From contig CAXYUC010000002.1 of the NCBI GenBank assembly GCA_964292075.1, positions 7,469-71,468 of the forward strand: a stretch of DNA of 64,000 bases, written 5' to 3'. The notes under the pieces were generated by a model. The model was not told where the DNA came from. It searched no databases and saw only the letters and a list, made by a program, of their open reading frames with translations. Below, one piece after another: positions 1-9,818 of this stretch. How positions within the stretch are numbered: the stretch's first letter is position 1; each line of letters begins with the position of its first letter. The position numbers and the translations under genes are program-made. The DNA is from an uncultured Mycolicibacter sp. GTDB taxonomy: Bacteria; Actinomycetota; Actinomycetes; Mycobacteriales; Mycobacteriaceae.

Positions 1-885
1 GTTGGAAACCTGTTGCAGCACCGCGGATTGCGGACAGTCCGCCACCGACGAGGAGATCTCCATACCGCGCAGCATCGGACCCGGGTGCAGCACCGCCGCG
101 TGGTCGGCCAGCATCGCCCGACGCTTCTCGCTCAATCCGTAGCGCACCGAGTACTCCCGCGTCGACGGGAAGAATCCGCCGGTCATCCGTTCGGCCTGCA
201 CCCGCAGCATCAGCACCGCGTCGGCGGCCGGCAACTCGGCGTCCAAGTCATGCGAGACCGTCACCGGCCAGTCGGTCACCCCGACCGGCAGCAGGGTCGG
301 CGGGGCCACCAGCACCACATCGGCGCCCAGTGTCGACAGCAGGCTCACGTTGGAGCGGGCCACCCGGCTGTGCACGATGTCACCGACGATGACGACGCGG
401 CGGCCCTCGATGCCGCCGAGGCGCTGGCGCAGCGTCAGCGCATCCAGCAACGCCTGGGTGGGGTGTTCATGAGTGCCGTCGCCGGCATTGATCACCGCCG
501 GACCGCCGTCTTCGGCGGCTCCGGTCCATTCCGAGAGCAGGTGCGCCGCACCCGACGACGGGTGGCGGATGATCAGCGCGTCGGCGCCGGCGGCCCGCAA
601 CGTCAACGCGGTGTCGCGCAGCGACTCCCCTTTGCTGACCGAGGATCCCGACGCGGACACGTTGATCACGTCGGCGCTCATCCACTTGCCGGCCACCTCG
701 AAGGAGACCCGGGTCCGGGTGGAGTTCTCGGAGAACATGGTGATCACCGTGCGCCCGCGCAGGGTGGGCAGCTTTTTGACCTCGCGTCCCACCAGCGCCT
801 GCGCAAAGCGGTCCGCGTCGTCGAGGATCGCGGTGGCCTCATCACGGCTCAAGTCGCCCGCTGCCAGCAAATGCCTGGTGCTCAT
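1..885 (-). CDS. pyrB: Aspartate carbamoyltransferase catalytic subunit (runs off left edge)
   Basis: Manual translation from ATG at 885: [27 protein letters not shown]...[15 protein letters not shown] (STRT carbamoyl-phosphate motif); ATGA overlap with pyrR stop. Confidence 0.95.
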   Translation of the reverse strand, partial: MSTRHLLAAGDLSRDEATAILDDADRFAQALVGREVKKLPTLRGRTVITMFSENSTRTRVSFEVAGKWMSADVINVSASGSSVSKGESLRDTALTLRAAGADALIIRHPSSGAAHLLSEWTGAAEDGGPAVINAGDGTHEHPTQALLDALTLRQRLGGIEGRRVVIVGDIVHSRVARSNVSLLSTLGADVVLVAPPTLLPVGVTDWPVTVSHDLDAELPAADAVLMLRVQAERMTGGFFPSTREYSVRYGLSEKRRAMLADHAAVLHPGPMLRGMEISSSVADCPQSAVLQQVSN

Positions 886-1454
886 CGGGTAATCACCACC
901 TGGTCGCGACCGTCGTGTTCGGCCAGCAGTACGTGCACGCTTTCGCCGCGGGCGGTCGGCACGTTCTTGCCGACGTAGTCGGCGCGTACCGGCAGTTCGC
1001 GGTGGCCGCGGTCCACCAGCACCGCCAGCTGCACGATCCGGGGCCGGCCCACGTCGCGCAGCGCGTCCAGGGCGGCCCGTACCGATCGGCCGGCGAAGAG
1101 CACGTCGTCAACCAGGATCACGCACGCGTCGTCGATGCCGCCCGCCGGGATGGAGGTGGGTTCCAGGGGCCGCGGGGGCTGACGCATCAGGTCGTCGCGA
1201 TACAGGGTGATGTCCAGGGCACCGTGCGCGACGTCCACACCGCAGAATTCGCTGATCTTGCCGGCCAGCCGCTGGGCCAGGGTGACGCCGCGGGTGGGAA
1301 TACCCAACAGCACGACGCGTGGGGAGTTAGCCCGATCGGGGTCGTCTAAAGCCGTCTTCTCGATGATCTGATGTGCGATACGAGAAACAGTGCGACCCAC
1401 ATCCGCCGAGGACATCAATTCCCGGTCGGTGCTGGAATTACCGGCAGCGCCCAT
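882..1454 (-). CDS. pyrR: Bifunctional pyr operon regulator / uracil phosphoribosyltransferase
   Basis: [47 protein letters not shown] motifs; upstream of pyrB. Confidence 0.96.
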   Translation of the reverse strand: MGAAGNSSTDRELMSSADVGRTVSRIAHQIIEKTALDDPDRANSPRVVLLGIPTRGVTLAQRLAGKISEFCGVDVAHGALDITLYRDDLMRQPPRPLEPTSIPAGGIDDACVILVDDVLFAGRSVRAALDALRDVGRPRIVQLAVLVDRGHRELPVRADYVGKNVPTARGESVHVLLAEHDGRDQVVITR

Positions 1455-1467
1455 GCGAAACGCAGGA

Positions 1468-1503
1468 CCTCCTTCTCCGCCTCGCAGGACGGATCGTTAA
1501 AGG
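1468..1503 (-). promoter_or_regulatory. PyrR RNA binding loop overlapping the pyrR Shine-Dalgarno
   Basis: Minus strand CCTTTAACGATCCGTCCTGCGAGGCGGAGAAGGAGG matches the CUUUAA...GUCCNGNGAGG PyrR-loop consensus and ends in the AAGGAGG SD; consistent with known translational repression in mycobacteria. Confidence 0.8.
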
Positions 1504-1550
1504 ATGTCGAACTGTCCGGCAGCCTAGCACCGGCCGCTACCCTGTCGGAA

Positions 1551-2222
1551 ATGACAGACCCGCGATCCGACGAGTGCGCAGGGTTACCGGACTTCGATTT
1601 CGACGCCCTGTACCGCGGCGAAAGCCCCGCCGCCGGGATACCCGCGATGCCGGCGCCACCGTGGGATCTCCGGCGGCCCAAGGAGAGCGTGGTCAGCTGG
1701 CAAGCTCAAGGGCTGGTGCGCGGCGAAATACTCGATATCGGCTGCGGCTACGGCGACAACGCCATCTATCTCGCCCAGCACGGATTGCGCGTGACCGGGT
1801 TGGAGATCTCCCCGACGGCGTTGGTTACCGCTGATCACCGAGCCGCCGCCGCCGGCGTGAGCGTGCGGTTCGCGGTGGCCGATGCCACCCGCCTCGACGG
1901 CTACATCGACACCTTCGACACGGTCGTCGACAGCGGCACCTTCCACTGCCTCGACGACGAGAGCAAACACCGCTACGCCGCCGCGGTGCATCGGGCGACC
2001 CGGGCGGGCGCCACACTGCTGATCAGCTGCTTCTGTGACCAGCAGCCGGCCGGGGCACGCCGACCGCTGCCAGTGGCGGTCTCCGAGCAAACACTGCGCG
2101 ATGTGTTCACCGGCGGCTGGGACCTGGTGTCACTGCTGCCCCGCACGGTGCACCGGACCTATGACGACGACACCACGGCAACCATGGCGTACTGGCTAGT
2201 GCAGGCCCGGCGACTGGATTAG
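1551..2222 (+). CDS. Class I SAM-dependent methyltransferase
   Basis: ILDIGCGYGDN motif I, VDSGTFH; start placed at ATG 1551 because the longer ORF overlaps pyrR. Confidence 0.85.
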   Translation: MTDPRSDECAGLPDFDFDALYRGESPAAGIPAMPAPPWDLRRPKESVVSWQAQGLVRGEILDIGCGYGDNAIYLAQHGLRVTGLEISPTALVTADHRAAAAGVSVRFAVADATRLDGYIDTFDTVVDSGTFHCLDDESKHRYAAAVHRATRAGATLLISCFCDQQPAGARRPLPVAVSEQTLRDVFTGGWDLVSLLPRTVHRTYDDDTTATMAYWLVQARRLD

Positions 2223-2235
2223 CGGTGCCGACGTC

Positions 2236-2280
2236 GGCGACCCGCTTCGCACGGCTTCGCCGCGCTCGCGATCGCCGCTA
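2236..2280 (+). repeat. Mycobacterial interspersed intergenic repeat (copy 1)
   Basis: GGCGACCCGCTTCGCACGGCTTCGCCGCGCTCGCGATCGCCGCTA; near-identical copy at 49090-49139. Confidence 0.7.
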
Positions 2281-2290
2281 ACCTGACCTG

Positions 2291-3493
2291 GTGAATCTCG
2301 ACCCCAACCAGGCGCCGCTGCGCGAAGCCTGCGACACCGGTCTACTCGCCGGGGTGTTGACGCTCGTCTGGCAGCGTGGCTCGGTGCTGCAGGTCAACGA
2401 GATCGGCCACCGCGACGTCGGCGCCGGCCTGCCGATGACCCGCGACACGGTCTTCCGGATCGCCTCCATGACCAAGCCGGTCACCATCGCCGCCGCGATG
2501 ACCCTGGTCGACGAAGGCCGACTGCGGCTGACCGACCCCATCGCACACTGGCTGCCGGAGTTCGCCGCACCGCGGGTGCTCCTCGACCCGGCCGGTTCGC
2601 TGGAGGCCACCACCGCTGCACGGCGGGCGCTCACTGTCGACGATCTGATGACGCACCGCGGCGGCATCGGCTACGGATTTTCGGTCCCCGGCCCGATCGC
2701 ACGGGAGTACCAGCGGCTGCCCTTCGGGCGCGGCCCCGATGCCTGGCTGACGGCGCTGACGGCGCTTCCCCTGGTAGACCAGCCCGGGGAACGGGTCACC
2801 TACGGCCACGGCACCGACGTGCTGGGCGTGCTGCTGTCGCGGATCGAGGGCAAGCCGCTGCCGCAGGTGATCGAGGAACGGATCCTGGGCCCGCTGGGGA
2901 TGACCGACACCGGTTTCTGTGTCACCCCGCAGGCGCGCGGGCGCAGCGCCACCATGTACCGCGTCGACGGGGACACGTTGCGCGACGATGCGATGGGGCC
3001 GGTGCCGATCGCGATGCCGGCGTTTCCCAACGCCGGGGGCGGCTTGATGTCCACCGCCGATGACTACCTGGCGTTCGCCCGCATGTTGCTGGCCGACGGC
3101 ATGTTCGACGGCACCCGGGTGCTCTCGGCGCAATCGGCGCGAGCGATGCGCACCGATCAGCTCACCGGCGACCAGAAGCGCCACCCGTTTCTGGGGGCCC
3201 CGTTCTGGGTCGGCCGCGGGTTCGGGCTCAACCTGTCGGTGGTGACCGACCCGGCGAAGTCCCAGCCGCTGTTCGGGCCGGGCGGTGCGGGAGCATTCGG
3301 CTGGCCGGGCGCCTACGGCACCTGGTGGCAGGCAGATCCGGCCGCGGACTTGATCCTGCTCTAGCTGGAGCAGAATTCCCCGACGCTATCCACCGACATG
3401 GCGACCGCGGTTGCCGGCAATACTTCGATCCCCAAACTGCGGGTGGCGCAGCCGAAGTTCGTCCGCCGGACCTACGCGGCCCTGGGTTTGTGA
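2291..3493 (+). pseudogene. Beta-lactamase-family serine hydrolase/esterase interrupted by in-frame TAG at 3362-3364
   Basis: FRIASMTKP (SxxK), LMTHRGG, GGGLMST, FGWPGAYGTWWQADP; the frame continues 42 sense codons after TAG (LEQNSPTLSTDMATAVAGNTSIPKLRVAQPKFVRRTYAALGL) to TGA 3491-3493. Confidence 0.7.
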
Positions 3494-3500
3494 GCCTGGC

Positions 3501-4124
3501 CTAGAGCTGCTGTCCCGCGCGGCGGGCCTTCTCCAGCGCGGCGTCACGCATCTGTGCCCGCTCTTCGGCGGTCCAGCGCGTAGTCGGCTCGAAGACCAGG
3601 GTCTGGACGTTGTAGCCCAGCATGGTGAACACGTACTCCAGATACGGGCGCTGGAAGTCCTGCAGGTCGGCACGATCGCCGTCGTACGCGCTGGAGCGAG
3701 TCAGGATGAGTTGCAGCGGCTTGCCCTGGCCCAACGTGCCCACATGTTCGCCGCGCTCGTTGAGCGTGAAGCTGGCCATCGGCTGCACGATGACATCGAT
3801 CCAGGCTTTCAGGGCATGCGGCACATGCCAATTCCACATCGGCGACGACACCACCAGCCGATCGAACGAGCGCACCCGGTCGATTTCGGCCAGCACGTCC
3901 GACCAGATCTGCTTCTGCTCGGGGGTTCGCCGTTCGCCGTACAGCGGTGCGAACTTGGCGAATGCGGCGTCGCGTCCGAATACCAGCATCTCGTCCGACC
4001 ACACCGAGAACCGTTCGACGTCGCCGACCGCGGCGGTCGGCGCGGCGTCCAGGAAGGCCTTTGTCAGCGCCGAGGACAGCGAGTGCTCTTGCTTCGGGCT
4101 GGCCTCCACCCACAGCGTTTTCAT
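3501..4124 (-). CDS. azoR: FMN-dependent NADH azoreductase / flavodoxin-2 family
   Basis: EASPKQEHSLS N-terminal loop, SSPMWNWHVPHALKAWID motif. Confidence 0.8.
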   Translation of the reverse strand: MKTLWVEASPKQEHSLSSALTKAFLDAAPTAAVGDVERFSVWSDEMLVFGRDAAFAKFAPLYGERRTPEQKQIWSDVLAEIDRVRSFDRLVVSSPMWNWHVPHALKAWIDVIVQPMASFTLNERGEHVGTLGQGKPLQLILTRSSAYDGDRADLQDFQRPYLEYVFTMLGYNVQTLVFEPTTRWTAEERAQMRDAALEKARRAGQQL

Positions 4125-4140
4125 GGTGTCCTTACGTCGG

Positions 4141-5301
4141 TCAGATCATCGAGATCGGCGAGATCTTCACGCCGGCCTCGAGTGCGCCTGACAACTCGCG
4201 CGCCACGTCGTAGTCGAAGACTACGTGCCCGCAGATGACGTCGACATCGCGTTTGGCGCGCTGCAGCGGGTTGGTCACGAATTGCGCACTGGCACCCGAG
4301 GATTCGAGCAGATCGGCGATGACGGATCGGGATTCGTGCACGATGTACGCGGCCGCTGCGCGGGCATCGGCCCGAACGGGGCGGCTGATCCGCTCACCGG
4401 CGTCCACCGCGTCTTGAATCCGGCCGACGGTGTCGTCGAGCAAGCCGCGCAGAGCACGCAGCCGAACCCGCGCATCGCCGAGGCGGATCTGGGCCGCCGG
4501 CTGGTTCTTCTGCGCGGCACCGGAATACGCCAGCACCCGTTCGGCCAAGCGCTCGGCGAACAGGTCGGCGACCCATTCGGCCGACCCGAGGGCGGGCATC
4601 GCGGCGACCAGGGCCAGCGCCGGGACCATCGGCCACCGGTACGCCGGCGCGTCATGCAGCTCGGCGCCGGGGGCGGTACCGGAGTAGATGTCGACGACCT
4701 TGACCAGCCGGTGCGACGGGACGATCACATTCTCGATGACGACGTCGTTGGAGCCGGTGGCCCGCATGCCCGCGGTGCGCCAGACATCGTCGACGCGAAT
4801 GTCGGCCGCCGGGAGCAGCGCCAGCGCCGGGTAGAGGGCCTCTTCGGGCCCGCAGATCGCGCCGACCATGATCCAGTCGGCGTCCATCACCCCGGTTGCC
4901 CACGACCATCGCCCGGAAAGCCGGATGCCGTCACCGTCGGGCACGCCGCGCCCGGTCGGTGCCAGCGGTGCCGGGCACAGCACCGGCCCGGCGGCGAATA
5001 CCTCGTCCTGGGCCTGCTCGCCGAAGAGCGCCAGCATCCAGTTGTGCAGCATGTAGAACCCGAGCGTCCAGGCACTGGATGCGCAGCCGTGCGCCATCCG
5101 GCGAATCGGGTCGAGGATTTCGGGAAACTCGGCCTGGCGCCCGCCGTAGCGGGCCGGCACGAGCAGGCCGGCCAGCCCGGAGGTGCGGAAGTCCTCGACG
5201 GTGTCCGCCGGCAGCCGGCGCAGCTCTTCGGCTACCACGGCCCGTTGCGCCAGTCGGGAGATGAATTCCTCGGTCAGCGCGGGTGCCGTCATGGTCGCCA
5301 T
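4141..5301 (-). CDS. Flavin-dependent monooxygenase oxygenase subunit (acyl-CoA dehydrogenase fold, HsaA/HpaB-like)
   Basis: GCASSAWT, LSGRWSWATG, WRTAGMRATGSNDV, NPLQRAKRD motifs. Confidence 0.85.
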   Translation of the reverse strand: MATMTAPALTEEFISRLAQRAVVAEELRRLPADTVEDFRTSGLAGLLVPARYGGRQAEFPEILDPIRRMAHGCASSAWTLGFYMLHNWMLALFGEQAQDEVFAAGPVLCPAPLAPTGRGVPDGDGIRLSGRWSWATGVMDADWIMVGAICGPEEALYPALALLPAADIRVDDVWRTAGMRATGSNDVVIENVIVPSHRLVKVVDIYSGTAPGAELHDAPAYRWPMVPALALVAAMPALGSAEWVADLFAERLAERVLAYSGAAQKNQPAAQIRLGDARVRLRALRGLLDDTVGRIQDAVDAGERISRPVRADARAAAAYIVHESRSVIADLLESSGASAQFVTNPLQRAKRDVDVICGHVVFDYDVARELSGALEAGVKISPISMI

Positions 5302-5313
5302 GCCCGGACCGTA

Positions 5314-5331
5314 CCATACCTTTTAGTATGG
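5314..5331. promoter_or_regulatory. Candidate TetR operator upstream of the monooxygenase
   Basis: Inverted repeat CCATAC-N6-GTATGG, overlapping a minus-strand CATACT -10-like hexamer. Confidence 0.55.
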
Positions 5332-5334
5332 CGG

Positions 5335-5913
5335 TCAGTGTCGCAGCATGACGTCCAGGAACTGTTCCCGGCGGCCGCTCGCGCGTGAGCTCGGCACCGA
5401 ACCGGAAAGATGCAGAAACCCGATTCCGGCAGCAAACGTTGCGTCGGCACGCATGTCGGCCTCGTCGGCGTCGAAACCGTCGTCGAGGAAGACCTGGCGA
5501 ACCGCTTTGAGCACCCGCCGATCCGAGCTGCGTACCGCCGCGGCGACGCTGTCCTCCGACCGCGCCCATTCGCGCATCGCACGTTCGAGCATCCAATGCG
5601 CAGGCCCGACCAGGGCGGTCATCATGCGCGACAACCGCTCACGCGGCGGTAGTTCCGACAGCGCATCGAAGTCACCGCGGTCGGAGTCGCGCACAGCAGC
5701 CCAGGTGTCGACCAGCGCCTGCCGGTAGGCCTTCATGTCGGCGAAATGCCAGTAGAAGCTGCCCTTGGTGACCCCGAGCCCTTTGCAGAGCCGGTCGACG
5801 GTCAGCGCCTTGAGTCCATCTTCGGCCAGAATCCGGAAGCCAGCCTGCACCCAGTCCTGCACGGACAGCCGGGGATTGCCACCCGACCCGCCAACTGCAT
5901 CCGATGCGGCCAC
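5335..5913 (-). CDS. TetR/AcrR family transcriptional regulator
   Basis: N-terminal HTH LTVDRLCKGLGVTKGSFYWHF. Confidence 0.92.
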   Translation of the reverse strand: MAASDAVGGSGGNPRLSVQDWVQAGFRILAEDGLKALTVDRLCKGLGVTKGSFYWHFADMKAYRQALVDTWAAVRDSDRGDFDALSELPPRERLSRMMTALVGPAHWMLERAMREWARSEDSVAAAVRSSDRRVLKAVRQVFLDDGFDADEADMRADATFAAGIGFLHLSGSVPSSRASGRREQFLDVMLRH

Positions 5914-5919
5914 GCCGAG

Positions 5920-8670
5920 TCAGCGTACCGACCCGGCCGCTTCCCCCGACGCCTGCCCATAGCGGGCCAGCGCCTCGGGAGTGAACACAGCCAGCCCCAG
6001 CTCGGGGTTGTAGCCGTGGATCTCTTTGACGTCGATTTCGGCCAGGAAGTACAAGATCTCTTTGGAGACCACCTGTCCGGGGACCAGCACCGGGAATCCC
6101 GGCGGATACGGCACGACGAACGTGGTTGAGACCAGGGTCTGGCCGTCGGCGAGGCGGCGACCGGCGTCGCCGAGCAGCACATGCTCGCGGTCGGACTCCT
6201 CGTAGCTGGCGTAGAACGCCGCCCGCATGTCGCCGATCGGGCTTGCGCCGCCGGGACGAAACGCCGGCGCGAACTCGCTGAAGTCGGGAAGCGGCGGCAG
6301 GTCCTCGGTGATCTCGACGATCCGGCGCCGTTGCAGCGCCTGGTCGTCGGTGCTGGCCGCCTTCCAGGCGCGGTCCAGTTCACCGGCGACCCGGCGTAGC
6401 GCGTCCAGCAAGTAGTGCACGCTGGACCAGGTGACGCCGATGGTGAAGATCAGCAGCACCGAGTTGATCGACGTCTTGTTGATCTGAATTCCGAACCGCT
6501 GCATCAGGATCTTCTCGCGGAAGTCGTTGCCGCTCATCCCGGTCTTGCCGACGAACAGGGTGACCCGGGTCGGGTCGAGCACGAATTCGTCGGAACGCCA
6601 GGCCTCGTTCCACTCCGCTAGTGCGCCCTGGCGGACCTGGCGATACGAGCTGACCGTCGACTCCCGGAATCGGTCGGGCACCAGGTCATTCTCATCGAGG
6701 ATGTGGAACCACTTGCCGATCAGCCGGTCCTTGCGGACCCGGTGGCGAAACACCAGCGCCATGTCGTAGACCCGCCGGACCATCTGGAAGCCTTCGATGT
6801 CCACCTGCCGGCGAGCCAGGTCCAAGGAAGCCAGCAACTGCTGGTTCGGTGAAGTGGAGGTGTGGGTCAGGAACGCCTCGGTGAACGATTCGCGGGCCCG
6901 CGCGTTGAAGTCCTGATCCCGGATGTGGATCATCGACGCCTGCCGCAGCGCCGACAGCGACTTGTGGGTCGAGTGGGTCGCATACACCCGCACCCGCGCC
7001 GACGGGTGCGGCAGCAGCCGGTGCTCGCTCCACTGGTCGCGATCGATGCCTTCCATGCTGTCGTGCCAGGCCCGGTACTCCTTGGCGTAGTGCGCCGAAC
7101 CGAGCGTGGTCTCCAGGTCTTCGGCGGCGACCATCGCGGTGCGCTGCCGGGCCCACGGCACCGCGGTCGCAAACGCATACCACGCCTCGTCCCAGAGAAA
7201 ACAGATGTCCGGCTTGATCGCCAGAATCTCCTCCATCACCCGGCGCGGGTTGTAGACGACGCCGTCGAAGGTGCAGTTGGTCAGCAACAGCATCCGGACC
7301 CGGTGCAGTTGGCCGGCGGCCTCCAGGTCGAGCAGGGCACGTTTGATGGTGCGCAGCGCCACCGCCCCGTAGATCGCGAACGGCGCCAGCGGGTAGGCGT
7401 CCAGGTACAGCGGGTAGGCACCGGCCAGGACCAGCCCGTAGTGGTGCGACTTGTGGCAGTTCCGGTCGATCAGCACGATGTCGCCGGGCCGGGTCAGGGC
7501 TTGAACGACGATCTTGTTGGCGGTCGAGGTCCCGTTGGTGACGAAATAGGTATGGCCGGCGTTCCAGGTTTTGGCGGCCTTGTTCATCGCCACCCGGATA
7601 GTGCCGTGCGGGTCGAGCAACGAGTCGAGGCCGCCGGAGGTGGACGACGTCTCGGCCATAAAGATGTTGCGGCCGTAGAACTCTCCCATGTCCTGCAGCG
7701 AGCGCGAGTTGAAGATGCTAGCGCCGCGCGCCACCGGCAGCGCGTGAAACTGGCCGACCGGCTCGGCTGCATAGGCGCGTAGCGCATCGAAAAATGGGGT
7801 GGCGTAGCGCCTGCGGACGCCGGCCAGCACCGTGCTGTGCAGGTCGGTGACGTCATTGAGCCGGTAGAAGGTTCGGTCGTAGACGTCCGGCTCGTCTTCG
7901 GTGTCGGCGGCGATCGACTCGTCGGTCAGCAGGTACAGGTCGATGTGCGGCCGCAGCAGGCGCATCCATTCACCGCATTCGATGGCGTCGCGGCCGCCGT
8001 CGACGGACCCCGCGTCGTCGTCGGCACCCAGCAACGTGTTCATCAACGGCACCCGGTCTCGTGACCGTAGCGGCAGGTCGTGCCGCACGATCGCGGCCTG
8101 GATCTCGCCGTTGAGCGCGACGGCGGTGACGGCATCCTCAACGCTGGACACCACCAGCCACTCGACCTGCACCTCGTCATCGGGGCTGCGCAGTCGGCGC
8201 AGGCTTTCCACCAGGCTCTCGGGCACATCCGGCGGCGCGTCGTCGGCCAACAGCACGGTGTAGAACTGCTGCTGGCGGGCCTGAGCCACCAATTCTTGAT
8301 CGGACAGCGGTAAGCCGAGATCGAACAGCGCCGCCCGATCGCCGTAGTTCGACAGCAACCGCACCACCAGCGACACCCGCTCGGTGAGCGACACCGTCGC
8401 CATCGACTCCAGGTAGCCGCGGAAGGTCGCCAGGTTCGCCGCGCCGGGAAACAGCCAGTACCGCTCGTAGGCGCCGAGCCGCTGCAGCAGGCGTTTCACC
8501 CCCGCAGCATGGTGAGTGGTGTCCAGCCCGGCCCGGTTGACCTCGGCGAGTTGCCGGCAGGCGTCGTCGAGCAGATTCCAGGTGTCGACCCGCGAGTACG
8601 ACGGGTTTGCCACCGCCGCCAGTGCCGATACCCGCAGTCTGCGATTCGGTGCGTCCCAGCCCTCGCCCAT
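5920..8670 (-). CDS. PLP-dependent Orn/Lys/Arg decarboxylase (Rv2531c-like)
   Basis: YFVTNGTSTANK, DRNCHKSHHY, FLWDEAW, THSTHK PLP-lysine motif, YPPGFPVLVPG; position next to nusB. Confidence 0.92.
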   Translation of the reverse strand: MGEGWDAPNRRLRVSALAAVANPSYSRVDTWNLLDDACRQLAEVNRAGLDTTHHAAGVKRLLQRLGAYERYWLFPGAANLATFRGYLESMATVSLTERVSLVVRLLSNYGDRAALFDLGLPLSDQELVAQARQQQFYTVLLADDAPPDVPESLVESLRRLRSPDDEVQVEWLVVSSVEDAVTAVALNGEIQAAIVRHDLPLRSRDRVPLMNTLLGADDDAGSVDGGRDAIECGEWMRLLRPHIDLYLLTDESIAADTEDEPDVYDRTFYRLNDVTDLHSTVLAGVRRRYATPFFDALRAYAAEPVGQFHALPVARGASIFNSRSLQDMGEFYGRNIFMAETSSTSGGLDSLLDPHGTIRVAMNKAAKTWNAGHTYFVTNGTSTANKIVVQALTRPGDIVLIDRNCHKSHHYGLVLAGAYPLYLDAYPLAPFAIYGAVALRTIKRALLDLEAAGQLHRVRMLLLTNCTFDGVVYNPRRVMEEILAIKPDICFLWDEAWYAFATAVPWARQRTAMVAAEDLETTLGSAHYAKEYRAWHDSMEGIDRDQWSEHRLLPHPSARVRVYATHSTHKSLSALRQASMIHIRDQDFNARARESFTEAFLTHTSTSPNQQLLASLDLARRQVDIEGFQMVRRVYDMALVFRHRVRKDRLIGKWFHILDENDLVPDRFRESTVSSYRQVRQGALAEWNEAWRSDEFVLDPTRVTLFVGKTGMSGNDFREKILMQRFGIQINKTSINSVLLIFTIGVTWSSVHYLLDALRRVAGELDRAWKAASTDDQALQRRRIVEITEDLPPLPDFSEFAPAFRPGGASPIGDMRAAFYASYEESDREHVLLGDAGRRLADGQTLVSTTFVVPYPPGFPVLVPGQVVSKEILYFLAEIDVKEIHGYNPELGLAVFTPEALARYGQASGEAAGSVR

Positions 8671-8709
8671 AAGGCAAGTGTGCCCGTGCCGTGGCGGCCC
8701 GGGGTCGGT

Positions 8710-9237
8710 TCAGTCCGCTGAGTCGGAGTCCGGCTCGCCGGCGGTGTCGGTGGCGGTGTCCAGGGGCGCTGTCGTCCCCCGGACCGCCAGCGAGGCGGGC
8801 CGCAACTGCGGTGTCACCAGCATTACCTGGCCCAGCACGCCGTTGACAAACCCGGGCGACTCGTCGGTGGACAACTCCTTGGCCAGCTTGACCGCTTCGT
8901 CCACGGCGACCGGCTCCGGCACGTCGTCGGCATGCAGCAACTCCCAGATCGCCACCCGCAGAATCGCCCGGTCCACGGCCGGTAGCCGTTCCAGTTTCCA
9001 GCCCTGCAGGTGCGACGTGATCAGGTCGTCGATGTGGGCCGCGTGCTCGGTCACCCCGCGGGCCACCGTGACGGTGTACGGGTGCAGCGGCGACACGTCA
9101 GGCTGCTCACTCGCCAGCGCCGTTCGCAGCTCTGCGCCCTGGGCCGGGGTCAGTCCCCGAGCCTCGGCCTCAAAGAGCACGTCGACGGCACGCTTACGGG
9201 CCTGGTGCCGGCCTTTTACCGGCTTGCCAGCAGGCAT
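8710..9237 (-). CDS. nusB: Transcription antitermination factor NusB
   Basis: [34 protein letters not shown]; start at ATG 9237 just after efp stop. Confidence 0.95.
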   Translation of the reverse strand: MPAGKPVKGRHQARKRAVDVLFEAEARGLTPAQGAELRTALASEQPDVSPLHPYTVTVARGVTEHAAHIDDLITSHLQGWKLERLPAVDRAILRVAIWELLHADDVPEPVAVDEAVKLAKELSTDESPGFVNGVLGQVMLVTPQLRPASLAVRGTTAPLDTATDTAGEPDSDSAD

Positions 9238-9239
9238 GG

Positions 9240-9803
9240 TCAGGAGTTGACCCGTCCCAGGTAGCTGCCGTCGCGAGTGTCGACCTTCAGCTTGTCTCCG
9301 GTGTTGATGAACAGCGGCACGTTGATCTGGGCGCCGGTCTCCATGGTGGCCGGCTTGGTGCCCGCGCTGGACCGATCGCCCTGTAGGCCGGGCTCGGTGT
9401 GGGTGACCTCCAGCTCGACGCTGACCGGCAGCTCCAGATACAGCGCCACTCCGTTGTGAAAGGCGATCTGCACGAGCATGCTCTCCAGCAGGTAGTTCGC
9501 CGAGTCGCCGACCAGCGATTCGGGCAGTGGGTGCTGCTCGTAGTCCTCGCTGTCCATGAACACGAAGTCGTTGCCGTCGCGGTACAGGTAGGTCGCGTCG
9601 CGGCGGTCGACGGTGGCGGTCTCCACCTTCACGCCGGCGTTGTAGGTCTTGTCCACGACCTTGCCCGACACCACGTTCTTGAGCTTTGTGCGCACGAAGG
9701 CCGGACCCTTGCCCGGCTTGACGTGCTGAAACTCGGTGATCTGCCACAACTGGCCGTCGATCACCAGCACCAGCCCGTTTTTGAAGTCAGCAGTTGAAGC
9801 CAC
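9240..9803 (-). CDS. efp: Elongation factor P
   Basis: [33 protein letters not shown]. Confidence 0.98.
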   Translation of the reverse strand: MASTADFKNGLVLVIDGQLWQITEFQHVKPGKGPAFVRTKLKNVVSGKVVDKTYNAGVKVETATVDRRDATYLYRDGNDFVFMDSEDYEQHPLPESLVGDSANYLLESMLVQIAFHNGVALYLELPVSVELEVTHTEPGLQGDRSSAGTKPATMETGAQINVPLFINTGDKLKVDTRDGSYLGRVNS

Positions 9804-9818
9804 GGTCGTTCACGTCTC

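Noticed and set aside
3362-3364. Pyrrolysine recoding of the amber codon
   Set aside because: No pyl genes in the window and no precedent I know of in mycobacteria; a point mutation or sequencing error is simpler
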